Shown: positions 9,212 to 18,289 of the stretch, in pieces
How the letters are laid out: every line of letters begins with the position of its first letter
How positions within the stretch are numbered: the first letter of the stretch is position 1
Assembly (NCBI GenBank): GCA_963828525.1
Contig: CAWHEP010000001.1
Span: 128,001 to 192,000, forward strand
DNA length: 64,000 nucleotides
Direction: 5' to 3'
Origin: an uncultured Verrucomicrobiae bacterium
Lineage (GTDB): Bacteria; Verrucomicrobiota; Verrucomicrobiia; Chthoniobacterales; Chthoniobacteraceae
Notes under the pieces: model-generated
Seen by the model: only the letters and a program-made list of their open reading frames with translations
The model's database searches: none
Told to the model about the DNA's origin: nothing
Translations under genes and position numbers: made by a program

Positions 9212-10330
9212 ATGAACCAAGTCGGAAGATGCACCAACCATTCCGGCTGTCTCCTCGCTTACCGGAACGAAGAGATAACCGTGGCGGACGGCGAATTCGT
9301 GTGCCCGGAGTGTCACAAGCCTTTGCAGCCCGTTGGAGGATCGAAGAAGTCGGGCGTTGCGATGATTGTGATCGTCGCCGTCGTAGTACTCCTCACCGCT
9401 GCCGCTACCGCGTTTGTATTTTCCCGCATGGCGCATCCCAAACAGGAGCCTGAAGCCAGTCCTGCTCCCTCTGCCACCCCTCCCGAGGTCGCAGTGGCCG
9501 TCGCAAACGTCACGCCGGAAACTGCTTCCCCCGCGCCAACCGCTGAGCCTTCCGCGTCTCCGATCGCGATGACTCCCGCGCCATCTGTTGCTGTATCTCC
9601 CACGGCAGCTGCCCCTATCCCCACAGCCACGCCGATGCCCACTGCGGAGCCCAGCGCGAGCCCGATGCCCGCGACGCCCACCCCGGAGCCTTCTCCCTCG
9701 GCTTCAGCCACGCCCGCGCCGACCCCCATGGCTTCAGCGACTCCAGCGCCTGAGATCGTAACGACAACTCCTGCTCCCAGTCCCATGCCGAGTGTGCCAG
9801 CGCCGTCGCCGTTGGATGATTCCGCTAAACCGGCCGCCTCGCCTACTGTGGCCGCGATAGACTTCGGTACCGAGAACAAGGAAAATCAGGACGTGAAAAG
9901 CGAGGTTCTAAAGCGCATCGATCTGATGCCTGGCCTCTCCGCCGACAGCAAAGACAAGCTCTATGTCAGCGTTGAGCGCGCGCGGAAGATGGGCAAGGTC
10001 ATGACGATTCCATTCGCTTCAGGGAGGAGTACACTTGCGAGCGCGGATGTGGATTCGTTGAAGGTGAAAATGCAGGATCCCAAGATCCAGCAACTCCTGC
10101 AGGATCCCACAGTAGTGCTCGTGATTCTCGGGTACGCGGACAGGAAGGGCGATGAAAAAGCCAATTTGAAAATCTCTCAGACGAGAGCGCTCAACGTCCT
10201 GGCATCGCTGCGAGATCGTTGCGGCATCGATAACGTGATGCACTCCGTGGGAATGGGCGGCTCCACGATGTTTAATGCGGGAGGGGCCGAAAAAAACCGC
10301 GCTGTCGAAATATGGGCGGTGCTGCCCTGA
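9212..10330 (+). CDS. Membrane-anchored OmpA-like domain protein with N-terminal Cys motif and Pro/Ala/Ser/Thr linker
   Basis: CTNHSGC...CPEC, one TM helix, long PAST-rich linker, C-terminal IPFASG...LGYADRKG...SQTRA...NRAVEI. Confidence 0.75.
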   Translation: MNQVGRCTNHSGCLLAYRNEEITVADGEFVCPECHKPLQPVGGSKKSGVAMIVIVAVVVLLTAAATAFVFSRMAHPKQEPEASPAPSATPPEVAVAVANVTPETASPAPTAEPSASPIAMTPAPSVAVSPTAAAPIPTATPMPTAEPSASPMPATPTPEPSPSASATPAPTPMASATPAPEIVTTTPAPSPMPSVPAPSPLDDSAKPAASPTVAAIDFGTENKENQDVKSEVLKRIDLMPGLSADSKDKLYVSVERARKMGKVMTIPFASGRSTLASADVDSLKVKMQDPKIQQLLQDPTVVLVILGYADRKGDEKANLKISQTRALNVLASLRDRCGIDNVMHSVGMGGSTMFNAGGAEKNRAVEIWAVLP

Positions 10331-10340
10331 GCGGCGTGCC

Positions 10341-12640
10341 ATGCCCGCCGCTTTTCTGACGGTAGTCACAGAGCTGCCAACTCAGACTTTTGAGCTCAAA
10401 AACAGCCCCGTCGTAATAGGCAGGGCGCCTGACGCCGAGTGGCAGTTGAATCACCGGGAAATCTCCCGCCGGCACTGTCAGATTCTCAAAGAGGGGGAAG
10501 AGTGGCAGTTGGAAGATCTCGCCAGCCGTTGGGGAACACGGGTTAATGGATCTCCGCTGGCAGCCAAGGGTACTCCTAAAATCCGGGGACAAAGTTTCTC
10601 TGGGCCCAGTGCTTCTTCTTTTTAGCCTGGTACATCCCGCCCAGCGAAACCGAGTTGGCAGCCGTCAGGGATTCCTTCGCGAACCGCGAACCCGTTCCTG
10701 TTCTTCTTCGCGGCCAGGAGGTGAGCAGGATTGCCCTCTCGGCGCCGATGACGCTTGGGCGCGAAGAGGGTGTGGACATCCTCCTGGCAGACCCCGCCGT
10801 CTCCCGGAAGCATGCGGTCATCCAGCAGGGCGCGACGGGCTTTCGGGTGGTAGACCTCAATAGCACCTCAGGTTCCTTTGTGAACGGGAAACGCTTTGCC
10901 GAACACGACCTTACCATCGGGGATCGACTCCAGGTAGGGCCGTTTTTCTTCCAATTTGACGGCCGCGGTCTGCTTCGCGCGGCGAGCGTTTCGGGAGCCG
11001 CGATTCGCGCCGATCAGGTGTGCAGGGCGGCAGGAGGCGCCACCATCCTGAGCGACCTCACCTTGAACGTGGCCCCTTGCCGCTTTGCCGGAATCCTGGG
11101 CCCCAGCGGCGCCGGCAAATCCACTCTTCTCGATATTCTGAGCGGGCTCCGGCCGCCGTCTTCCGGCAAAGTCTTTGTCGATGAAGTCGATATCTATGCT
11201 GGCGGTGGTAGCACTGAGGCCGGATACGTTCCGCAGGACGACCTCGTACACCGGGAGTTAACCGTCAGCCAGGCGCTCCGGTTTAGCGCGCGCCTGCGCC
11301 TGCCAAAGGGGACGCCCCCGCTTGAGCTTCAGAAGCTCATCATCCAGACCATGGAGCGCCTGGGGTTGCGGGACCGCGCTGCAACCAGGATATCTCGCCT
11401 CTCCGGGGGCCAGCGCAAGCGCGTCAGCGTCGCGGTCGAGCTTCTAGCCAGGCCCGCCATTCTTTTCCTGGACGAGCCGACATCTGGTCTCGACCCCGCG
11501 ACAGAGTTTACGTTGATGGAACTGCTCCGCGAGCTGGCGGATACCGGATGCACAGTGGTATGCACCACGCACGTCATGGAGAACGTTTATCTCATGGACC
11601 GGGTCGCCGTGTTGCTCAGAGGAAATCTGGTGTTTGACGGCTCGCCCCAGGAGGCCCGGCAATACTTTGGCGTGCAGCGGCTCTCCGGTCTATACGAACG
11701 CCTCGAGGAGCGCCCCATCGGGGAATGGCGCGAGGCGTATATTGAATCTCAAGGGCCTGAACCTGCCCCCTTGCTCGACGGGCTCGGCGCCAAATCAAAC
11801 GCGCCCGCGATCCATTCCCGTCAAAGGCCTAGCTTCCTGTTTGTTCTGGCTATCCTGCTAACGCGCCAGTTTGTCATTATAAAATCTGACTGGAGAAACC
11901 TGCTCATTCTGTTTGGGCAGCCCGTTGTGATAGCAGGCTTGGTCTCGTGGGTGAGCCACGACGTATCGCTCGCCTTTTTCTTCGCTTATATCGCCACCCT
12001 TTGGTTTGGCTGCAGCAATGCCGCGCAGGAAATCGTGAGGGAGATTCCCATCTATAGGCGGGAGCGCATCATTGGCGCTGGTCGGAACGCTTACCTTGCG
12101 AGCAAGTTCATTTTTCTGGGTGTAACAACGCTTCTGCAGGGGCTTATCCTCTATGCCTGCCTCCTTGTGTTCATGGGGGGGGCTGACGGTTCGTGGGCCT
12201 GGCAGTGCGCGGGAATCTTCGGTATCGCCCTTTCAGCGGTGGGAATCGGACTGGCTATCTCCGCGCTCGTCCAAAATGTCACGCAGGCCGTGTTTCTCGT
12301 CCCGCTCGCTCTTATCCCCCTCATCCTCTTCTCGGGTTACACTGTTCCTGCAAACGAGATGAAGCCTTCTGTCTTTGCCTTCAGCCGGGTGACACCCAGC
12401 TTTGCCTCACAGGTGATGATGGACACCAGCTTCCTCTGGAATCAAAAGATTGCGCGCGCCACGCTTGCGGATCATTGGACGTCCTTTCGGAATCTGAACA
12501 GGGATGGCGAGATCAGAACCGGAATGATCTACACCAAGGCTACCCCCGCCTTGTTTGCCCTGCTGACGCACGCGGGATGGATCCTAGTATGCTATATCGC
12601 CGCCTTCGTGGGTTTGCGCCTCCACGAAAAACGCGAGTGA
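10341..12640 (+). CDS. Dual-FHA ABC transporter (Rv1747-like FHA-FHA-NBD-ABC2 permease), two frameshifts near 10568 and 10620
   Basis: FHA1 (IGR...ISRRH...SRWGTRVNG) continues in the next frame (LLKSGDKVSLG), then shifts again into the 10655 ORF with FHA2 (LGR, VSRKH, SGSFVNG), GPSGAGKST, LSGGQ, FLDEPTSGLD and a permease domain. Confidence 0.8.
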
Positions 12641-12663
12641 TAGCGTTTTCCGCCAATCCGGCG

Positions 12664-12724
12664 GTGGCGGAGCGACTTGGGTCGACGCCGATGCAGGTGG
12701 CTCTGGGCGTGGTTGCTTCACCGG
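12664..12724 (+). pseudogene. Tiny remnant of an aldo/keto reductase
   Basis: Reads VAERLGSTPMQVAL, one extra G, then AWLLHR. This matches the AKR 'TPxQVALAWLL' segment; no other part of the gene is visible. Confidence 0.5.
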
Positions 12725-12752
12725 TTGCCGCTTCCGCTGAGGCGGTGAAGCA
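12714..12752. terminator. Inverted repeat between convergent genes, possible terminator
   Basis: TGCTTCACCG (12714-12723) / CGGTGAAGCA (12743-12752), a perfect 10-bp stem without a clear U-tract. Confidence 0.35.
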
Positions 12753-12756
12753 CTGA

Positions 12757-15346
12757 TTACGGCGCGCTTACAACCACTGACGTGGTGGCTGGCGCCAGCC
12801 CATCGGATGAGACCGTAAGCGTGACTTTGCCGGTAGTGCCGTAGCGGGTTTTTAGCACCGCCAGAGCAAGGCCATGAAAAGCCTTATGCCGTGTTGCCTG
12901 GAAGGACTCATGGTTGGTGGCATCGCCATTATCCAAGCCGGCTATATCAGCAGCCGTTCCTGCGGTACTAAAGCTAAGGTCGTTCGCTGCATCGGGGCAG
13001 ACAGTCCCATTCCGATCAGTGATCGTCGCTTTTATAAAGGAAAGGTCCTGTCCGCTGGCGATAAGATTGCTTCGATCCGCCGTCAACGTGATGGCGGCCG
13101 GAGCCTCGGCCGTTCGCACGATATCCGTGGCAACGACTTGTCCACCCTTCATGGCCAGTGCCTTTAGCTCGCCGGGCGCGAAAGCGACATCCCACGCCAA
13201 ATGCAACCCCGGCAGCTTGGTAACAATCTCATTATTGTTTTTGTCTCTGCGAATGTTGATTTGTTCGGCGCAATCCGCGGGAAAGTTATGGGAGCCGAGA
13301 GATTTGCCATTGAGGAATAGTTCCACGGAATCCGCATTGGTGAACACCCGGACGGGAATGCTCTTCCCTTCGAAACCTGGCCATGTCCAACTCATGGGCA
13401 GGATATGAACCAAAGGTTCGGGCCTCCACTGGCTCTTGTATAGATAGAATCGATCCTTGGGGAATCCGCACAGGTCGACGATGCCGAAGTAAGAGCTTCG
13501 CGAAGGCCATGCATAAGGAGTTGGTTCACCAAGATAATCAAACCCTGTCCAACAAAATTCGCCTGCTACAGCGGGCGCTTTCTTGACCTCGATCAGATCA
13601 GTTTCCGCGGTACAGGCCCAGCTCGTATGGAAGTAATCGTAGCAGGAGAGCTGCCGGGAATCCGGCCTCGGCTCGATTTGAACCTTGCCTGAGGAGTCCA
13701 GGCGAAGGCCGTATTCTCCGCGGGTGTCGGTACATGAACTGGTTTCGCTTCCCACCAGCGGAAGCTGGCCCGCGTATTCCTCCGGCTCGCGGAGCCCGCT
13801 GGCAGGGCCATTCTTCGAGTACCAGGATGTGTTGTAGTTGATTCCAAAGACGTCCAGGGCTTTTGCCAAACCGGAGGACCAATCCATGGCGGGGGATGGA
13901 CAGGCCGACGTGACGGGACGGGTGGATCTCCCGATGACAGATCGCCACCAGGCGTTTCGCGATCTCTCCAGCCACCGGTTTGCCTTCACGGCCTTCCGGA
14001 ATCTCGTTCCCGATGCTCCACAGGATGATGCTGGGGTGATTCCGATCCCGATCCAGCATGCTGACCATGTCCGGTTCGCTCCATTGATCGAAGGAGCTGC
14101 CGTAGCCATAGCGATGGTGGCTTTCCTTCCATTCATCGAACGACTCGTCCATGACCAGGAATCCCATTTGATCGCAGAGCTCCAGTAGTTCGGGCGACGG
14201 CGGATTATGGCTTGTGCGAATGGCGTTGCAGCCGAATGATTTGAGTATCTCAAGTTGGCGCTCTATTGCGCGGCGATAAGCCGCCGAGCCCAGGCATCCG
14301 AGGTCGTGGTGATCGCAAACGCCTTGAATCTGAATATGCCGGCCGTTCAGGAAAAAGCCTCTGTCCTTGGTAAAAACGAAGGATCGAATCCCGAAGGGTG
14401 TAGTTAGGGAATCGACCACCTTGTTGTTGACGCGAAGCTCGCTGACGGCACGATAAAGCGCCGGAGTTTCCAGCGACCACAACCGAGCCGAGGCTAACGG
14501 GAGGGACTGCTCGAACGTGCAAGTCGAGCCCATACTGACCTCCTGGGCGGTCTCTTCGCGCGCTACTTCTTTTCCGCTGGGGTCGAGCACTACTGTCGTC
14601 AGGACAGCCTTTGTCGAAGCGGCGCCATGGTCGGCGGCTACCTGCGTCTTTACTAGGACCTCGGCTCCGTCGGCCCCGGCTTTGGGCGTCGTGACGAAGG
14701 TTCCCCACTGCGCGATGTGAATAGGCTGCGACGTAATCAGCCATACGTGTCTATATATCCCGGCCCCGGAGTACCAGCGGCAACCGGGCTGGTCCGCTTG
14801 CAAACGCGCCGAGAGCACATTTGGGATGACGCCGTGATTCAGAACCGATGTCACGTCGTAGAAGAAGCTCGTAAACCCATACGGATGGCTGCCCAGCTTC
14901 TGACCATTGAGGTAAACGTCCGCGTTTTCGTATGCGCCATCAAACAAGATGGTGACATGCTCCCCTTGGCCTGTGGCTGGAAGGCTGAAAGTTTTGCGAT
15001 ACCAGCCGATGCCACCATTCAAGTAACCACCTCCACTTCCGGCCGCCGAGTTTTTATCGAATGGGCCGTCCTGTCCTCCTTGTTTTTGAGGATCAGGGTT
15101 GGGAGCGCCTTCGATGCTCCAGTCGTGCGGCAAGTCCACGGCTTTCCATGTCGAATCATCGAAATTTACTTGTTCCGCTCCGATTGCCTCCCCGTAGTGG
15201 AAGCGCCAGGAGTGATCGAAAAGAATTGTTTGTCGCGGCCCAGCCGCAACGGGCGTGTCCGAGGCAGTAATTTGACCGATCCCACCAGCAGGCGGGAGAA
15301 GGGAAACGAATGCCCAGAAGAGGGCTGACCAACGGGGGTGACTCAT
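12757..15346 (-). CDS. Secreted GH2 beta-galactosidase-like glycoside hydrolase, frameshift near 13925
   Basis: LPHDWSIE, RWYSGAGIYR, HHDLGCLG, RTSHNPP and WSIGNE in ORF 13598-15454. GSET, WTGFDYLGEPTPY and RSSYFGIVDLCGFPKDRFY in ORF 12757-14253. Confidence 0.88.
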
Positions 15347-15468
15347 AATGCAATGCTCTGATCCCAGCCAAACCGAAGCCAGCTTAAAAACCAAACGCGT
15401 GTGATGGAATGGCGGAGCGCCGGGGTTGCAAAGATCCTGCCTTCCGATAATCACTAGATGTCTCCAGC

Positions 15469-16614
15469 ATGAAAGCGATCCAGAAAAAAAACTTCGCGGA
15501 ATTCTTTGCCGGTATCGGGCTAATGCGCATGGGTCTGGAACAAGCCGGTTGGAAGATCGAATTTGCGAACGACATAGATGAGGACAAGTGGCGCATGTAT
15601 CGAGATCACTTCGGAGATACAGGCGAATTCGTGTTGAATGACGTGCATCAACTCGATGCCGGGGCGATTCCTTCCGTTACGCTCGCGACTGCGTCTTTTC
15701 CATGCAACGACCTCTCGCTCGCGGGAGCGCGCAAGGGGCTCTCGGGCGAGCAATCCTCAGCGTTCTGGGGCTTTATCGAGGTTCTAACCGAAATGAGCGG
15801 CAGGCGCCCCCCCCTCGTCTTGCTGGAAAATGTGACGGGGTTTTTGACCTCTCGTGAGGGCAACGATTTTCGTGACGCGCTTCTGGCGCTCAACCGGCTC
15901 GGTTACGCGGTGGACGCCTTCATCGTTGATGCGGCGCGGTTCGTCCCGCAGAGCAGGCAACGACTCTTCGTCGTCGGCATGCTGACGAAAAACGTCTCCG
16001 CTGTTAACGAAACGCCGACCTTCTACGAGGGAAATTGCAGGCCGCCGGCTCTTGCAGACTTCATCCTTTGGAACCCCGAGATCAATTGGCTTATTCGAGA
16101 GCTGCCGCCCCTGCCCAAGGGCACGAAAAACCTCGGTGACATTCTCGAATCCATCTCTCCCAATTCTAAAACGTGGTGGAGTGACGAGCGGTGCAGATAT
16201 CTCCTTAACCAGATGAGCCCGAAGCACCGTGAAGTCGCGGAAGCAATGATCGCGGGTGGAACGACAAGCTTTGGGACTGTTTTTCGGCGCGTGCGGAAGG
16301 GAAAGTCGATGGCGGAGTTGCGTACTGACGGAATTGCGGGATGTCTGCGCACACCGCGCGGAGGGAGCGGTCGGCAAATCCTTTTCGCGGCAGGGGAGGG
16401 CCGATTCGCTGTGCGACTACTAACCGGTCGTGAGTGCGCGCGGCTCATGGGAGCAGATGATTTCCGACTCACCGTGCCGCTCAATCAAGCGCTATTTGGA
16501 TTCGGTGACGCGGTCTGCGTGCCAGTGATAGAGTGGATCGGCACACATTACCTCAACCCGATATGGAACGAGCATTTCGCTCCGGCGGCGCCGAGCGAAC
16601 GACACAGTGCATGA
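15469..16614 (+). CDS. DNA (cytosine-5)-methyltransferase
   Basis: Motif I EFFAGIG, IV SFPCND, VI LLENV, VIII PQSRQRLF, variable region AGCLRTPRGGSGRQ, X FGDAVC. Confidence 0.93.
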   Translation: MKAIQKKNFAEFFAGIGLMRMGLEQAGWKIEFANDIDEDKWRMYRDHFGDTGEFVLNDVHQLDAGAIPSVTLATASFPCNDLSLAGARKGLSGEQSSAFWGFIEVLTEMSGRRPPLVLLENVTGFLTSREGNDFRDALLALNRLGYAVDAFIVDAARFVPQSRQRLFVVGMLTKNVSAVNETPTFYEGNCRPPALADFILWNPEINWLIRELPPLPKGTKNLGDILESISPNSKTWWSDERCRYLLNQMSPKHREVAEAMIAGGTTSFGTVFRRVRKGKSMAELRTDGIAGCLRTPRGGSGRQILFAAGEGRFAVRLLTGRECARLMGADDFRLTVPLNQALFGFGDAVCVPVIEWIGTHYLNPIWNEHFAPAAPSERHSA

Positions 16615-17549
16615 GCGCGGTGACGGACAGTCTGGTTTCGCTTTGCGCGAAGCATCCTAAATTTCTTAAGAAAGGGGGGCTTTGTGTTGCGCTGGTCTTA
16701 ACGCAGACAGCCAAGAAGGAAGGATTGCCTCTCCTGGCGGAATCGCTCCGGACGGATGAGGGCGGGCAAGTTACAGGTCTGAGTAAGTCTGCAGTCCAGA
16801 GGATCCTTGAGGCCCACGGGATCGCCAAGGTTCTTGCTGAGGAGGGCGGCAGGACGAGTCGGGGAAGTCTCGGTTTGATGAAAGCATATGTCGAAACGCT
16901 GAACGAACTTCACGAACGAGGCAACGCAGATTTAGACGAGGCGTTTGCTTGGTGGATTGAGCGAGTTCGCGCTCATTTTGCGTCTGAGGGGCCGAAGTTC
17001 AATTTCGATCCGGGTAAATCTCTTCGCGCGAATATCGACGATTTGCTTGAACAATCAAAGGAGGCTCAAACAAACGCGGGCGGCGCCAACTACGTTGGCG
17101 CGATGCTTCAGCATCTCGTGGGCGCGAAGCTCGATCTTGTTGTTGGGGTCGGAAAGCTCAAGCACCACGGTTTCTCTGTCGCCGACCACTCCACTGAGCG
17201 TCAGGGCGACTTTCAGGTTGAAGCCGTGGCAATCCATGTGACTACGCGCCCGACTGAGGCGCTGATTCGAAAGTGCGCTGCCAATCTTGGCGCAGGACTG
17301 AAGCCGCTCATCATCAGCATCGGCGACGGCGTGGCGGGAGCAACGTTTCTGTTGAAGGATTCGGAGCTGGAAGATCGTGTCGATGTGCTGGACGCCGCTC
17401 AGTTTCTAACGGCGAACGTGTATGAACGCAGTCTTTTTAACGCCGCCGAATGCAAGGTCACGCTTTGCAAACTGCTAACGCGCTACAACGAGATCGTCGA
17501 AACGTGCGAAACTGATCCGACATTGCGCATTCGGATGCCCCGCTCGTGA
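16611..17549 (+). CDS. DUF4928-like protein, putative cognate endonuclease of the methyltransferase
   Basis: KGGLCVALV, GGQV.GL, LAEEGGRTSRGS, GAMLQHLVGAKL, GDF...IHVT, F..ANVYE recognised as DUF4928-like. ATGA overlap with the MTase stop. Confidence 0.7.
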   Translation: MSAVTDSLVSLCAKHPKFLKKGGLCVALVLTQTAKKEGLPLLAESLRTDEGGQVTGLSKSAVQRILEAHGIAKVLAEEGGRTSRGSLGLMKAYVETLNELHERGNADLDEAFAWWIERVRAHFASEGPKFNFDPGKSLRANIDDLLEQSKEAQTNAGGANYVGAMLQHLVGAKLDLVVGVGKLKHHGFSVADHSTERQGDFQVEAVAIHVTTRPTEALIRKCAANLGAGLKPLIISIGDGVAGATFLLKDSELEDRVDVLDAAQFLTANVYERSLFNAAECKVTLCKLLTRYNEIVETCETDPTLRIRMPRS

Positions 17550-17671
17550 ATACACAGATCGCGACGTGGCCAACGGCATCACGGGGATTTGGGTCTGAAG
17601 AACTATGTCGCTCAACCTCTGAGAACGTGTTTGAAAAATAGAACGAGTTCGCGATACAATGAGGGAACGGG

Positions 17672-18139
17672 TCAGTCAGAAAGTTGTTTGATGAACAAAT
17701 ACTTCGTATGCCCATGCGAGTCCCAGTTCTCTAGCCTGCCCGCAACCTGGTAACCCAGTTTTAGATAAAAATCCGGGGCTTGATAGTCCAGTGTATCTAA
17801 AAATGAGTGCTTGCAGCCCCGTGTAACGGCTTCCTTTTCAGCCATCTCCAAAAGTCTCCGACCTATTCCATGTCGTCGCGCGGATTCGGCGACGGCCATG
17901 ATAGCTACCTTGAGCCACAGAAACTGCGTTTCGGCAATCAAGCCACCAACGACTGAGCCACTAATGTCGCATACCACAACGTTCAACGGCTTCGGTGAGT
18001 TTTCCTCTAGATCGCGCGCGGTGAAGAAACCCGAGTTATGGGAGTAGTTATGTCGGCGCAGTAATTCCCCAATCGATTCTCGCGTGTCCTCGCTCAGGGT
18101 GTTAAGCAGTTCGTAGGTCAAGTCTTTCGCGATTAGCAC
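17672..18139 (-). CDS. GNAT family N-acetyltransferase
   Basis: VGGL, RRHGIGRRLL acetyl-CoA motif, LDTLDYQAPDFYLKLGY. Confidence 0.88.
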   Translation of the reverse strand: MLIAKDLTYELLNTLSEDTRESIGELLRRHNYSHNSGFFTARDLEENSPKPLNVVVCDISGSVVGGLIAETQFLWLKVAIMAVAESARRHGIGRRLLEMAEKEAVTRGCKHSFLDTLDYQAPDFYLKLGYQVAGRLENWDSHGHTKYLFIKQLSD

Positions 18140-18289
18140 GGATCAGGCCCAGATAACAGGCTGCGAGAATAAATTCAGGAAAGTAGAACGAGTTTGGAAG
18201 AAACCACCCGCCGCCACCATTCGTCCTTGTCCTTCCACTGGAGCGCAGAGCTTGGTATTCAAGCAAGGCTGGTGACAAAGCGTTTCGAG

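Noticed and set aside
9440..9860. Repetitive GC-rich stretch as a CRISPR or tandem DNA array
   Set aside because: It encodes the Pro/Ala/Ser/Thr linker; similarity is at the peptide level with no repeat-spacer periodicity.
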